NCBI GenBank assembly: GCA_964016885.1
Contig: OZ024755.1
Location: 43,834,001 to 43,898,000 of the forward strand
Length of the DNA: 64,000 bases
Reading direction: 5' to 3'
From: Eledone cirrhosa
Lineage: Eukaryota
Shown here one piece after another: positions 1 to 14,100 of this stretch (position 1 is its first letter; every line of letters begins with the position of its first letter). Made by a program: the position numbers and the translations under genes. The notes beneath the pieces were generated by a model. That model made no database searches. It was not told where the DNA came from and worked only from the letters and a program-made list of their open reading frames with translations.

Positions 1-3000
1 GACAGTACCAACATATACTGTGTACCACAGTTGACAGTACCAACATATACTGTGTACCACATTTGACAGTACCAACGTATACTGTGTACCACAGTTGACA
101 GTACCATCATATACTGTGTAACACAGTTGACAGTACCAACGTATACTGTGTACCAGAGTTGACAGTACCAACATATACTGTGTACCACAGCTGACACTAC
201 CAACATATACTGTGTACCACAGTTGACAGTACCAACGTATATTGTGTACCACTATTGACAGTACCAACATTTACTGTGTACCACAGTTGACAGTACCAAC
301 ATATACAGTGTACCACAGTTGACAGTACCAACATATACTGTGTACCATAGGTGACAGTACCAACATATACTGTGTACCACAGTTGACAGTACCAACATGT
401 ACCGTCTACCACAGTTGATAGTACCAACGTATACTGTGTACCACAGTTGAGAGTACCAATGTATACTGTGTACCACAGTTGATTGTAGCAACGTATACTC
501 TGTACCACAGTTGACAGTACCAACAGATACTGTGTACCACAGTTGACAGTACCAACATATACTGTGTACCACTGTTGACAGTACCATCATATACCATGTA
601 CCACAGTTGACAGTACCAACATATACTGTGTACCACTGTTGACAGTACCAACATATACCGTGTCCCACAGTTCACAGTACCAACGTATACTGTGTATGTT
701 ACCACAGTTGACAGTACCAACATATACTGTGTACCACAGTTGACAGTACCAACATATAGTGTGTACCACAGTTGACAGTACCAACATATACTGTGTACCG
801 CAGTTAACAGTAGCAACATATACCGTGTACCACAGTTGAGAGTACCAACATATACTGTGTACCACAGTTGACAGTACCAACATATACTGTGTACCACATT
901 TGACAGTACCAACATATACTGTGTACCATAGTTGACAGTGCCAACATATACCGTGTACCACAGTTGACAATACCAACATATACTGTGTACCACAGTTGAC
1001 AGTACCAACGTATACTGTGTACCACAGTTGAAAGTACCAACATATACTGTGTACCACAGTTGACAGTACCAACATATACTGTGTACCACAGTTGACAGTA
1101 CCAACATATACTGTGTACCACAGTTGACGGTACCAACGTATACTGTATACCACATTTGACAGTACCAACGTAAACTGTGTACCACAGTTGAAAGTACCAA
1201 CCTATACTGTGTACCACTGGTGACAGTACCAACATATACTGTGAACCACAGTTGCTAGTACCAATATATACTGTGTACCAAAGTTGACAGTACCAACATA
1301 TACTGTATACCACAGTTGACAGTACCAACGTATACTGTGTACCACAGTTGACAATACCAACGTATGCTGTATACCACAGTTGACAATACCAACATATACT
1401 GTGTACCACAGTTGACAGTACCAACATATACTGTGTACCACAGTTGACAGTTCCAACATATATGGTGTACCAATGTTGACACTACCGACATATACTGTGT
1501 AGCACATTTGACAGTACTAACATATACTGTGTACCACAGTTGCGAGTACCAACATATACTGGGTACCACTGTTGATAGTACCAACATATACTGAGTACCA
1601 CAGTTGACAGTATCAACATATACTGTGTACCATTGTTGACAGTACCAACATATACTGTGTACCACAGTTGACAATACCAACATATACTGTGTACCACAGT
1701 TGACAGTACCAACATATACTGTGTACCACAGTTGACAGTACCAACTTATACTGTGTACCATAGTTGACAGTATCAACGTATATGTGTACCACTGTTGACA
1801 GTACTAACATATGCTGTGTACCACAGTTGACAGTACCAACATATTCTGTGTACCACAGTTGACAGTACCAACATATCCTGTGTACCTCAGTTAACAGCAC
1901 CAACATATACTGTGTACCACACTTGAGAGTACCAACATATACTGTGTACCACAGTTGACAGTACCAACATATACTGTGTACCACAGTTAACAGTACCAAC
2001 ATATACTGTGTACCACAGTTGACAGTCCCAACATATAATGTGTACCACAGTTGACAGTACCAACATATACTGTGTACCTCAGTTGACAGTACCAACATAT
2101 ACTGTGTACCACAGTTGACAATACCAACATATACTGTGTACCACAGTTGACAGTACCAACGTATACTGTGTACCACAGTTGACAGTACCAACATATACTG
2201 TGTACCACAGTTGACAGTAACAACATATACTTTGTACCACAGTTGACAGTACCAACATATACTGTGTACCACAGTTAACAGTACCAACATATACTGTGTA
2301 CCACATTTGACAGTACCAACGTATACTGTGTACCACAGTTGACAGTACCATCATATACTGTGTACCACAGTTGACAGTACCAACGTATACTGTGTACCAG
2401 AGTTGACAGTACCAACATATACTGTGTACCACAGCTGACACTACCAACATATACTGTGTACCACAGTTGACAGTACCAACGTATATTGTGTACCACTATT
2501 GACAGTACCAACATATACTGTGTACCACAGTTGACAGTACCAACATATACAGTGTACCACAGTTGACAGTACCAACATATACTGTGTACCACAGTTGACA
2601 GTACCAACATATACTGTGTACCACAGTTGACAGTACCAACATGTACCGACTACCACAGTTGATAGTACCAACGTATACTGTGTACCACAGTTGAGAGTAC
2701 CAACGTATACTGTGTACCACAGTTGATTGTAGCAACGTATACTCTGTACCACAGTTGACAGTACCAACATATACTGTGTACCACAGTTGACAGTACCAAC
2801 ATATACTGTGTACCACTGTTGACAGTACCATCATATACCATGTACCACAGTTGACAGTACCAACATATATTGTGTACCACTGTTGACAGTACCAACATAT
2901 ACCGTGTCCCACAGTTCACAGTACCAACTTATACTGTGTATGTTACCACAGTTGACAGTACCAACATATACTGTGTACCACAGTTGAGAGTACCAACATA

Positions 3001-6000
3001 TACTGGGTACCACTGTTGACAGTACCAACATATACTGTGTACCACAGTTGACAGTACCAAAATATAGTGTGTACCACAGTTGACAGTACCAACATATACT
3101 GTGTACCGCAGTTAACAGTAGCAACATATACCGTGTACCACAGTTGAGAGTACCAACATATACTGTGTACCACAGTTGACAGTACCAACATATACTGTGT
3201 ACCACAGTTGACAGTACCAACATATACTGTGTACCATAGTTGACAGTGCCAACATATACCGTGTACCACAGTTGACAATACCAACATATACTGTGTACCA
3301 CAGTTGACAGTACCAACATATACTGTGTACCACAGTTGACAGTACCAACGTATACTGTGTACCACAGTTGACAGTACCAACATATACTGTGTAACACAGT
3401 TGACAGTACCAACATATACCGTGTACCACAGTTGACAGTACCAACGTATAATGTGTACCACAGTTGAAAGTACCAACATATACTGTGTACCACAGTTGAC
3501 AGTACCAACATATACTGTGTACCACAGTTCACAGTACCAACATATACTGTGTACCACAGTTGACAGTACCAACGTATACTGTATACCACATTTGACAGTA
3601 CCAACGTAAACTGTGTACCACAGTTGAAAGTACCAACCTATACTGTGTACCACTGGAGACAGTACCAACATATACCGTGTACCACAGTTGACAGTACCAA
3701 CATATACTGTATACCACTGTTGACAGTACCAACATATACTGTGTACCACAGTTGACAGTACCAACGTATACTGTGTATATTACCACAGTTGACAATACCA
3801 ACATATACTGTGTACCACAGTTGAAAGTACCAACGTATACTGTGTACCACAGTTGGCAATACCATCATATACTGTGTACCACAGTTGACAGTACCAACAT
3901 ATACTGTGAACCACAGTTGACAGTACTAACATATACTGTGTACCACAATTGACAGTACCAACGTATACTGTGTACCACAGTTGACAGTACCAACGTATAC
4001 TGTGTACCAAAGTTGACAATACCAACATATACTGTGTACCACAGTTGACAGTACCAACATATACTGTATACCACATTTGACAGTACCAACGTAAACTGTG
4101 TACCACAGTTGAAAGTACCAACCTATACTGTGTACCACTGGAGACAGTACCAACATATACCGTGTACCACAGTTGACAGTACCAACATATACTGTATACC
4201 ACTGTTGACAGTACCAACATATACTGTGTACCACAGTTGACAGTACCAACGTATACTGTGTATATTACCACAGTTGACAGTACCAACATATACTGTGTAC
4301 CACAGTTGAAAGTACCAACGTATACTGTGTACCACAGTTGGCAATACCATCATATACTGTGTACCACAGTTGACAGTACCAACATATACTGTGAACCACA
4401 GTTGACAGTACTAACATATACTGTGTACCACAATTGACAGTACCAACGTATACTGTGTACCACAGTTGACAGTACCAACGTATACTGTGTACCAAAGTTG
4501 ACAATACCAACATATACTGTGTACCACAGTTGACAGTACCAACATATACTGTGTACCACAGTTGACAGTACCAACATATACTGTGTACCACAGATGACAA
4601 TACCAGCGTATACTGTGTACCACAGTTGACAGTACCAACATATACCGTGTAACACAATTGAGCGTACCAACATATACTGTGTACCACAGTTGATAGTACC
4701 AACATATACTGTGTACCAAAGTTGACAGTACCAACATATACTGTATACCACAGTTGACAGTACCAACGTATACTGTGTACCACAGTTGACAATACCAACG
4801 TATGCTGTGTACCACAGTTGACAATACCAACATATACTGTGTATCACAGTTGACAGTACCAACATATACTGTGTACCACAGTTGACAGTTCCAACATATA
4901 TGGTGAACCACTGTTGACACTACCGACATATACTGTGTAGCACATTTGACAGTACTAACATATACTGTGTACCACAGTTGCGAGTACCAACATACACTGG
5001 GTACCACTGTTGATAGTACGAACATATACTGTGTACCACAGTTGACAGTATCAACATATACTGTGTACCATTGTTGACAGTACCAACATATACTGTGTAC
5101 CACAGTTGACAATACCAACATATACTGTGTACCACAGTTGACAGTACCAACATATACTGTGTACCACAGTTGACAGTACCAACATATACTGTGTACCATA
5201 GTTGACAGTATCAACGTATATGTGTACCACTGTTGACAGTACTAACATATGCTGTGTACCACAGTTGACAGTACCAACATATTCTGTGTACCACAGTTGA
5301 CAGTACCAACATATCCTGTGTACCTCAGTTGACAGTACCAACATATACTGTGTACCACAGTTGACAGTACCAACATATACTGTGTACCACAGTTGACTGT
5401 ACCAACATATACTGTGTACCACAGTTAACAGTACCAACATATACTGTGTACCACAGTTGACAGTACCAACATATACTGTGTACCACAGTTGACAGTACCA
5501 ACATATACTGTGTACCTCAGTTGACAGTACCAACATATACTGTGTACCACAGTTGACAATACCAACATATACTGTGTACCACAGTTGACAGTACCAACAT
5601 ATACTGTGTACCACAGTTGACAGTACCAACATATACTGTGTACCACAGTTGACAGTACCAACATATACTGTGTACCACATTTGAGAGTACCAACTTATAC
5701 TGTGTACCACAGTTGACAGTACCATCATATACTGTGTACCACAGTTGACAGTACCAACGTATACTGTGTACCAGAGTTGACAGTACCAACATATACTGTG
5801 TACCACAGCTGACACTACCAACATATACTGTGTACCACAGTTGACAGTACCAACGTATATTGTGTACCACTATTGACAGTACCAACATTTACTGTGTACC
5901 ACAGTTGACAGTACCAACATATACAGTGTACCACAGTTGACAGTACCAACATATACTGTGTACCATAGTTGACAGTACCAACATATACTGTGTACCACAG

Positions 6001-8110
6001 TTGACAGTACCAACATGTACCGTCTACCACAGTTGATAGTACCAACGTATACTGTGTACCACAGTTGAGAGTACCAATGTATACTGTGTACCACAGTTGA
6101 TTGTAGCAACGTATACTCTGTACCACAGTTGACAGTACCAACATATACTGTGTACCACAGTTGACAGTACCAACATATACTGTGTACCACTGTTGACAGT
6201 ACCATCATATACCATGTACCACAGTTGACAGTACCAACATATACTGTGTACCACTGTTGACAGTACCAACATATACCGTGTCCCACAGTTCACAGTACCA
6301 ACGTATACTGTGTATGTTACCACAGTTGACAGTACCAACATATACTGTGTACCACAGTTGACAGTACCAACATATACTGGGTACCACTGTTGACTGTACC
6401 AACATATACTGTGTACCACAGTTGACAGTACCAACATATAGTGTGTACCACAGTTGACAGTACCAACATATACTGTGTACCGCAGTTAACAGTAGCAACA
6501 TATACCGTGTACCACAGTTGAGAGTACCAACATATACTGTGTACCACAGTTGACAGTACCAACATATACTGTGTACCACATTTGACAGTACCAACATATA
6601 CTGTGTACCATAGTTGACAGTGCCAACATATACCGTGTACCACAGTTGACAATACCAACATATACTGTGTACCACAGTTGACAGTACCAACGTATACTGT
6701 GTACCACAGTTGAAAGTACCAACATATACTGTGTACCACAGTTGACAGTACCAACATATACTGTGTACCACAGTTGACAGTACCAACATATACTGTGTAC
6801 CACAGTTGACGGTACCAACGTATACTGTATACCACATTTGACAGTACCAACGTAAACTGTGTACCACAGTTGAAAGTACCAACCTATACTGTGTACCACT
6901 GGTGACAGTACCAACATATACTGTGAACCACAGTTGCTAGTACCAATATATACTGTGTACCAAAGTTGACAGTACCAACATATACTGTATACCACAGTTG
7001 ACAGTACCAACGTATACTGTGTACCACAGTTGACAATACCAACGTATGCTGTATACCACAGTTGACAATACCAACATATACTGTGTACCACAGTTGACAG
7101 TACCAACATATACTGTGTACCACAGTTGACAGTTCCAACATATATGGTGTACCAATGTTGACACTACCGACATATACTGTGTAGCACATTTGACAGTACT
7201 AACATATACTGTGTACCACAGTTGCGAGTACCAACATATACTGGGTACCACTGTTGATAGTACCAACATATACTGAGTACCACAGTTGACAGTATCAACA
7301 TATACTGTGTACCATTGTTGACAGTACCAACATATACTGTGTACCACAGTTGACAATACCAACATATACTGTGTACCACAGTTGACAGTACCAACATATA
7401 CTGTGTACCACAGTTGACAGTACCAACTTATACTGTGTACCATAGTTGACAGTATCAACGTATATGTGTACCACTGTTGACAGTACTAACATATGCTGTG
7501 TACCACAGTTGACAGTACCAACATATTCTGTGTACCACAGTTGACAGTACCAACATATCCTGTGTACCTCAGTTAACAGCACCAAAATATACTGTGTACC
7601 ACACTTGAGAGTACCAACATATACTGTGTACCACAGTTGACAGTACCAACATATACTGTGTACCACAGTTAACAGTACCAACATATACTGTGTACCACAG
7701 TTGACAGTCCCAACATATAATGTGTACCACAGTTGACAGTACCAACATATACTGTGTACCTCAGTTGACAGTATCAACATATACTGTGTACCACAGTTGA
7801 CAATACCAACATATACTGTGTACCACAGTTGACAGTACCAACGTATACTGTGTACCACAGTTGACAGTACCAACATATACTGTGTACCACAGTTGACAGT
7901 AACAACATATACTTTGTACCACAGTTGACAGTACCAACATATACTGTGTACCACAGTTAACAGTACCAACATATACTGTGTACCACATTTGACAGTACCA
8001 ACGTATACTGTGTACCACAGTTGACAGTACCATCATATACTGTGTACCACAGTTGACAGTACCAACGTATACTGTGTACCAGAGTTGACAGTACCAACAT
8101 ATACTGTGTA
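1..8110. repeat. Left sub-domain: three related higher-order units in A-B-A' order (offsets 2,244, 3,374/3,438 and 5,618/5,682 bp)
   Basis: Marker GTTGATTGTAGCAACG at ~478, ~2722, ~6096. The +5 monomer (TGTGTATGTTACC) lies at ~691, ~2935, ~6309. ORF pairs 252/2496/5870, 804/6486, 1613/5051/7295 give the offsets. 2,244 = 70x32 +5 -1. Confidence 0.9.
3575..4552. repeat. Tandem duplication, period 485 bp (15 monomers plus a 5-bp insertion)
   Basis: CACTGGAGAC at ~3651 and ~4136; TGTGTATATTACC at ~3772 and ~4257. ORFs 3638/4123 and 3752/4237 are offset by 485. Confidence 0.92.
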
Positions 8111-10499
8111 CCACAGTTGACAGTACCAACATATACTGTGTACCCTAGTTGAAAGTACCAACGTATACTGTGTACCACAGTTGACAACACCAACATATAC
8201 TGTGTACCACAGTTGACAGTACCAACATATACTGTGTACCACTGTTGACAGTACCAACATATACCGTGTACCACAGTTGACAGTACCAACATATACTGTG
8301 TACCACAGTTGACAGTACCAACATATACTGTGTACCACTGTTGACAGTACCAACATATACCGTGTACCACAGTTGACAGTAACAACATATACTGTGTACC
8401 ACAGCTGACACTACCAACATATACTTGTACCTCAGTTGACAGTACTACCATATATTGTGTACCACCGTTGACAATACCAACGTATACTGTGTACCACAGT
8501 TGACAGTACCAACGTATACTGTGCACCACAGTTGACAGTACCAACATATACTGTGTACCACAGTTGGCAGTACCAACATATAATGTGTACCTCAGTTGAC
8601 AGTACCAACATATACTGTGTACCACAGTTGACAGTACCAACGTATACTGTGTACCACAGTTGACAGTACCAACGTATACTGTGTACCACAGTTGACAGTA
8701 CCAATATATACTGTGTAACACAGTTGACAATACCAACATATAATGTGTACCACAGTTGACAGTACCAACGTATACTGTGAACCACTGTTGGCAATACCAA
8801 CATATACTGTGTACTACAGTTGACAGAACCAACATATACAGTGTACCACAGTTGACAGTACCAACATATACTGTGTACCACAGTTGACAGTACCAACATA
8901 TACTGTGTACCACAGTTGACAGAAGCAACATGTATCGTGAACCACAGTTGACAGTACCAACGTATACTGTGTACCACAGTTGAGAGTACCAACGTATAGT
9001 GTGTACCACAGTTGACATTACCAACATATACTGTGTACCACAGTTGACAGTACCAACATATACTGTGTACCACAGTTCACAGTACCAACGTATACTGTGT
9101 ACCACATTTGACAGTACCAACATATACTGTGTACCACAGTTGACAGTACCAACATATACTGTGTACCACTTTTGACAGTACCAACATATACCGTGTATCA
9201 CATTTGACAGTACCAACATATATTGTGTACCACTGTTGACAGTACCAACATATACTGTGTACCACAGTTGACAGTACCAACATGTACCGTGTACCACAGT
9301 TGACAGTACCAACGTATACTGTGTACCACAGTTGACAATACCAACATATACTGTGTACCACAGTTGACAGTACCAACATATACTGTGTACCACAGTTGAA
9401 AGTACCAACGTATACTGTGTACCACAGTTGACAACACCAACATATACTGTGTACCACAGTTGACAGTACCAACATATACTGTACACCACAGTTGACAGTA
9501 CCAACATATACTGTGTACCACAGTTGACAGTACCAACATGTACTGTGTACCACAGTTGACAGTACCAACATATACTGTATACCAGAGTTGACAGTACCAA
9601 CATATACTGTGTACCACTGTTGACAGTACCAACATATACAGTGTACCACAGTTGACATTACCAACATATACTGTGTACCACAGCTGACAATACCAACATA
9701 TACTTGTACCTCAGTTGAGAGTACTACCATATATTGTGTACCACCGTTGACAATACCAACGTATACTGTGTACCACAGTTGACAGTACCAACGTATACTG
9801 TGCACCACAGTTGTCAGTACCAACATATACTGTGTACCACAGTTGACAATACCAACATATACTGTGTACCACAGTTGACAATACCAACACATATAGTGTA
9901 CCACAGTTGACAATACCAACATATATAGTGTACCACAGTTGACAGTACCAACGTATACTGTGTACCACAGTTGCCAATGCCAACATATACTGTGTACCAC
10001 AGTTGAGAGTACCAACATGTACCGTGTACCACAGTTGACAGTACCAACGTATACTGTGTACCACAGTTGACAGTACCAACGTATACTGTTTACCACAGTT
10101 GACAATACCAACATATACTGTGTACCAGAGTTGACAGTACCCACATATACTGTGTACCACAGTTGACAGTTCCAACATATAAGGTGTACCACTGTTGATA
10201 CTACCGACATATACTGTGTAGCACAGTTGACAGTACTAACATATACTGTGTACCACAGTTGAGAGTACCACCATATACTGGGTACCACTGTTGACAGTAC
10301 CAACATATACTGTATACCACAGTTGACAGTACCAACATATACTGTGTACCATAGTTGACAGTACCAACATATCCTGTGTACCTCAGTTGTCAGTACCAAC
10401 ATATACTGTATACCACAGTTGACAGTACCAACATATACTGTGTACCACTGTTGACAGTACCAACATATACCGTGTACCACAGTTGACAGTACCAACATA

Positions 10500-13400
10500 T
10501 ACTGTGTACCACAGTTGCCAATGCCAACATATACTGTGTACCACAGTTGAGAGTACCAACATATACTGTGTACCACAGTTGACAGTACCAACATATACTG
10601 TGTACCACAGTTGACAGTACCAACATATACTGTGTACCACAGTTGACAGTACCAATGTATACTATGTACCACAGTTGACAGTACCAACATATACTGTGTA
10701 CCACAGTTGACAGTACCAACATATACTGTGTACCATAGTTGACATTACCAACGTATATTGTGTTCCACAGTTGACAGTACCAACATGTACTGTGTACCAC
10801 AGTTGACAGTACCAACGTATACTGTGTACCACAGTTGACAGTACCAACGTATACTGTGTACCACAGTTGACAGTACCAACATATAATGTGTACCACAGTT
10901 GACAGTACCATCATATACTGTGTACCACAGTTGACAGTACCAACATATATTGTGTACCACAGTTGTCAGTACCAACATATACTGTGTACCATAGTTGACA
11001 TTACCAACGTATATTGTGTACCACAGTTGACAGTACCAACATATCCTGTGTACCTCAGTTGACAGTACCATCATATACTGTATACCACAGTTGACAGTAC
11101 CAACATATACTGTGTACCACTGTTGACAGTACCAATATATACCGTGTACCACAGTTGACAGTACCAACATATACTGTGTACCACAGCTGACACTACCAAC
11201 ATATACTTGTACCTCAGTTGACAGTACTGCCTTATATTGTGTACCACCGTTGACAATACCAACGTATACTGTGTACCACAGTTGACAGTACCAACGTATA
11301 CTGTGCACCACAGTTGACAGTACCAACATATACTGTGTACCACAGTTGACAATACCAACATATACTGTGTACCACAGTTGACAATACCAACACATATAGT
11401 GTACCACAGTTGACAGTACCAACGTATATTGTGTACCACAGTTGCCAATGCCAACATATACTGTGTACCACAGTTGAGAGTACCAACATGTACCGTGTAC
11501 CACAGTTGACAGTACCAACGTATACTGTGTACCACAGTTGACAATACCAACATATACTGTGTAGCACAGTTGACAGTACCAACATATACTGTGTACCACA
11601 GTTGAAAGTACCAACGTATACTGTGTACCACAGTTGACAACACCAACATATACTGTGTACCACAGTTGACAGTACCAACATATACTGTGTACCACAGTTG
11701 ACAGTACCAACATATACTGTATACCACAGTTGACAGTACCAACATATACTGTGTACCACTGTTGACAGTACCAACATATACTGTGTACCCTAGTTGACAT
11801 TACCAACGTATATTGTGTACCACAGTTGACAGTACCAACATGTACTGTGTACCACAGTTGACAGTACCAACGTATACTGTGTACCACAGTTGACAGTACC
11901 AACGTATACTGTGTACCACAGTTGACAGTACCAACGTATACTGTGCACCACAGTTGACAGTACCAACATATACTGTGTACCACAGTTGACAATACCAACA
12001 TATACTGTGTACCACAGTTGACAATACCAACACATATAGTGTACCACAGTTGACAGTACCAACGTATACTGTGTACCACAGTTGCCAATGCCATCATATA
12101 CTGTGTACCACAGTTGAGAGTAACAACATATACTGTGTACCACAGTTGACAGTACCAACATATACTGTGTACCACAGTTGACAGTACCAACATATACTGT
12201 GTACCACAGTTGACAGTACCAATGTATACTGTGTACCACAGTTGACAGTACCAACATATAGTGTGTACCACAGTTGACAGTACCAACATATACTGTGTAC
12301 TCTAGTTGACATTACCAACGTATATTGTGTACCACAGTTGACAGTACCAACATGTACTGTGTACCACAGTTGACAGTACCAACGTATACTGTGTACCACA
12401 GTTGACAGTACCAACGTATACTGTGTACCACAGTTGACAGTACCAACATATAACGTGTACCACAGTTGGCAGTACCATCATATACTCTGTACCACAGTTG
12501 ACAGTACCAACATATATCGTGTACCACAGTTGACAGTACCAACATATACTGTGTACCATAGTTGACATTACCAACGTATATTGTGTACCACAGTTGACAG
12601 TACCAACATACACCGTGTACAACAGTTGACAGTACCAACATATACTGTGTACCACAGTTGCGAGTACCAACATAAACTGTGTACCACAGTTGACAGTACC
12701 AACATATACTGTGTACCACAATTGACAGTACCAACATATACTGTATACCACAGTTGACAGTACCAACATATACTGTGTACCACAGTTGACAGTACCAACA
12801 TATACTGTGTACCTAAGTTAACAGTACCCACATATACTGTGTACCACAGTTGACAGTATAAACATATACTGTGTACCACAGTTGACAGTCCCATCATATA
12901 CTTTGTACCACAGTTAACAGTACCAACATATACTGTGTACCACAGTTGACAGTACCAACGTATACTGTCTACCACAGTTGACAGTACCAACATATACTGT
13001 GTACCACAGTTGACAGTACCAACATATACAGTGTACCACAGTTGACAGTACCAACATATACTGTGTACCACAGTTGACAGTACCAACATATACTGTGTAC
13101 AACAGCTGACACTACCAACATATACTTGTACCTCAGTTGACAGTACTAACATATACTATGTACCACAGTTGACAGTACCATCATATACTGTGTACCACAG
13201 TTGACAGTACCAACATATACTGTGTACCACAGTTGACAGTACCAACATATACTCGGTGCCACTTTTCACAGTACCAACATATACTGTGTACCACAGTTGA
13301 CAATACCAACGTATACTGTGTACCACATTTGACAGTACCAACGTATACTGTGTACCACAGTTGACAGTACCAACATATACTGTGTACCACAGTTGACAGT

Positions 13401-14100
13401 ACCAACATATACTGTGTACCACAGTTGACAGTACTAACATATACTGTGTACTACAGTTGACAGTACCAACATATACTGTGTACCACAGTTGACAGTACCA
13501 ACATGTACTGTGTACCACAGTTGACAGTACCAACATATACTGTGTACCACAGTTGGCAGTACCAACATATACAGTGTACCACAGTTGACAGTACCAACAT
13601 ATACTGTGTACCACATTTGACAGTACCAACATATACTGTGTACCACAGTTGACAGTACCAACATGTACCGTGAACCACAGTTGACAGTACCAACATATAC
13701 TGTGTACCACAGTTGAGAGTACCAACGTATAGTGTGTACCACAGTTGACAGTACCAACATATACTGTGTACCACAGTTGACAGTACCAACATATACTGTG
13801 TACCACAGTTCACAGTACCAAAGTATACTGTGTACCACATTTGACAGTACCAACATATACTGTGTACCACAGTTGACAGTACCAACATATACTGTGTACC
13901 ACTGTTGACAGTACCAACATATACCGTGTACCACATTTGACTGTACCAACATATACTGTGTACCACTGTTGACAGTACCAACATATACTGTGTACCACAG
14001 TTGACAGTACCAACATGTACCGTGTACCACAGTTGACAGTACCAACGTATACTGTGTATCACAGTTGACAATACAAACATATACTGTGTACCACAGTTGA
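10500..14100. repeat. Variant block with a distant paralogous copy at ~53500-57150 (offset 42,999 then 43,063 bp) and a further copy at ~59900-62270
   Basis: ORF pairs 10745/53744 (42,999); 11790/54853, 12914/55977, 13156/56219, 14059/57122 (43,063). Marker ACTCGGTGCCACTTTTCA at 13251, 56314, 61431. Confidence 0.88.

Noticed and set aside
27-52. Bacterial sigma70 promoters (TTGACA followed by TATACT in each monomer)
   Set aside because: The hexamers are 9 bp apart (or 41 bp to the next), not 16-18 bp, and there is no gene context.
3752-4437. Two 66-aa plus-strand ORFs
   Set aside because: They arise from the +5 insertion and a TTGAC>TTGGC variant skipping the periodic TGA, and are duplicated by the 485-bp repeat.
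13251-13268. tracrRNA/sgRNA scaffold fragment or vector contamination
   Set aside because: Only 16 nt match, most positions are satellite consensus, the register is intact, no other scaffold sequence flanks it, and it is inherited through older duplications.
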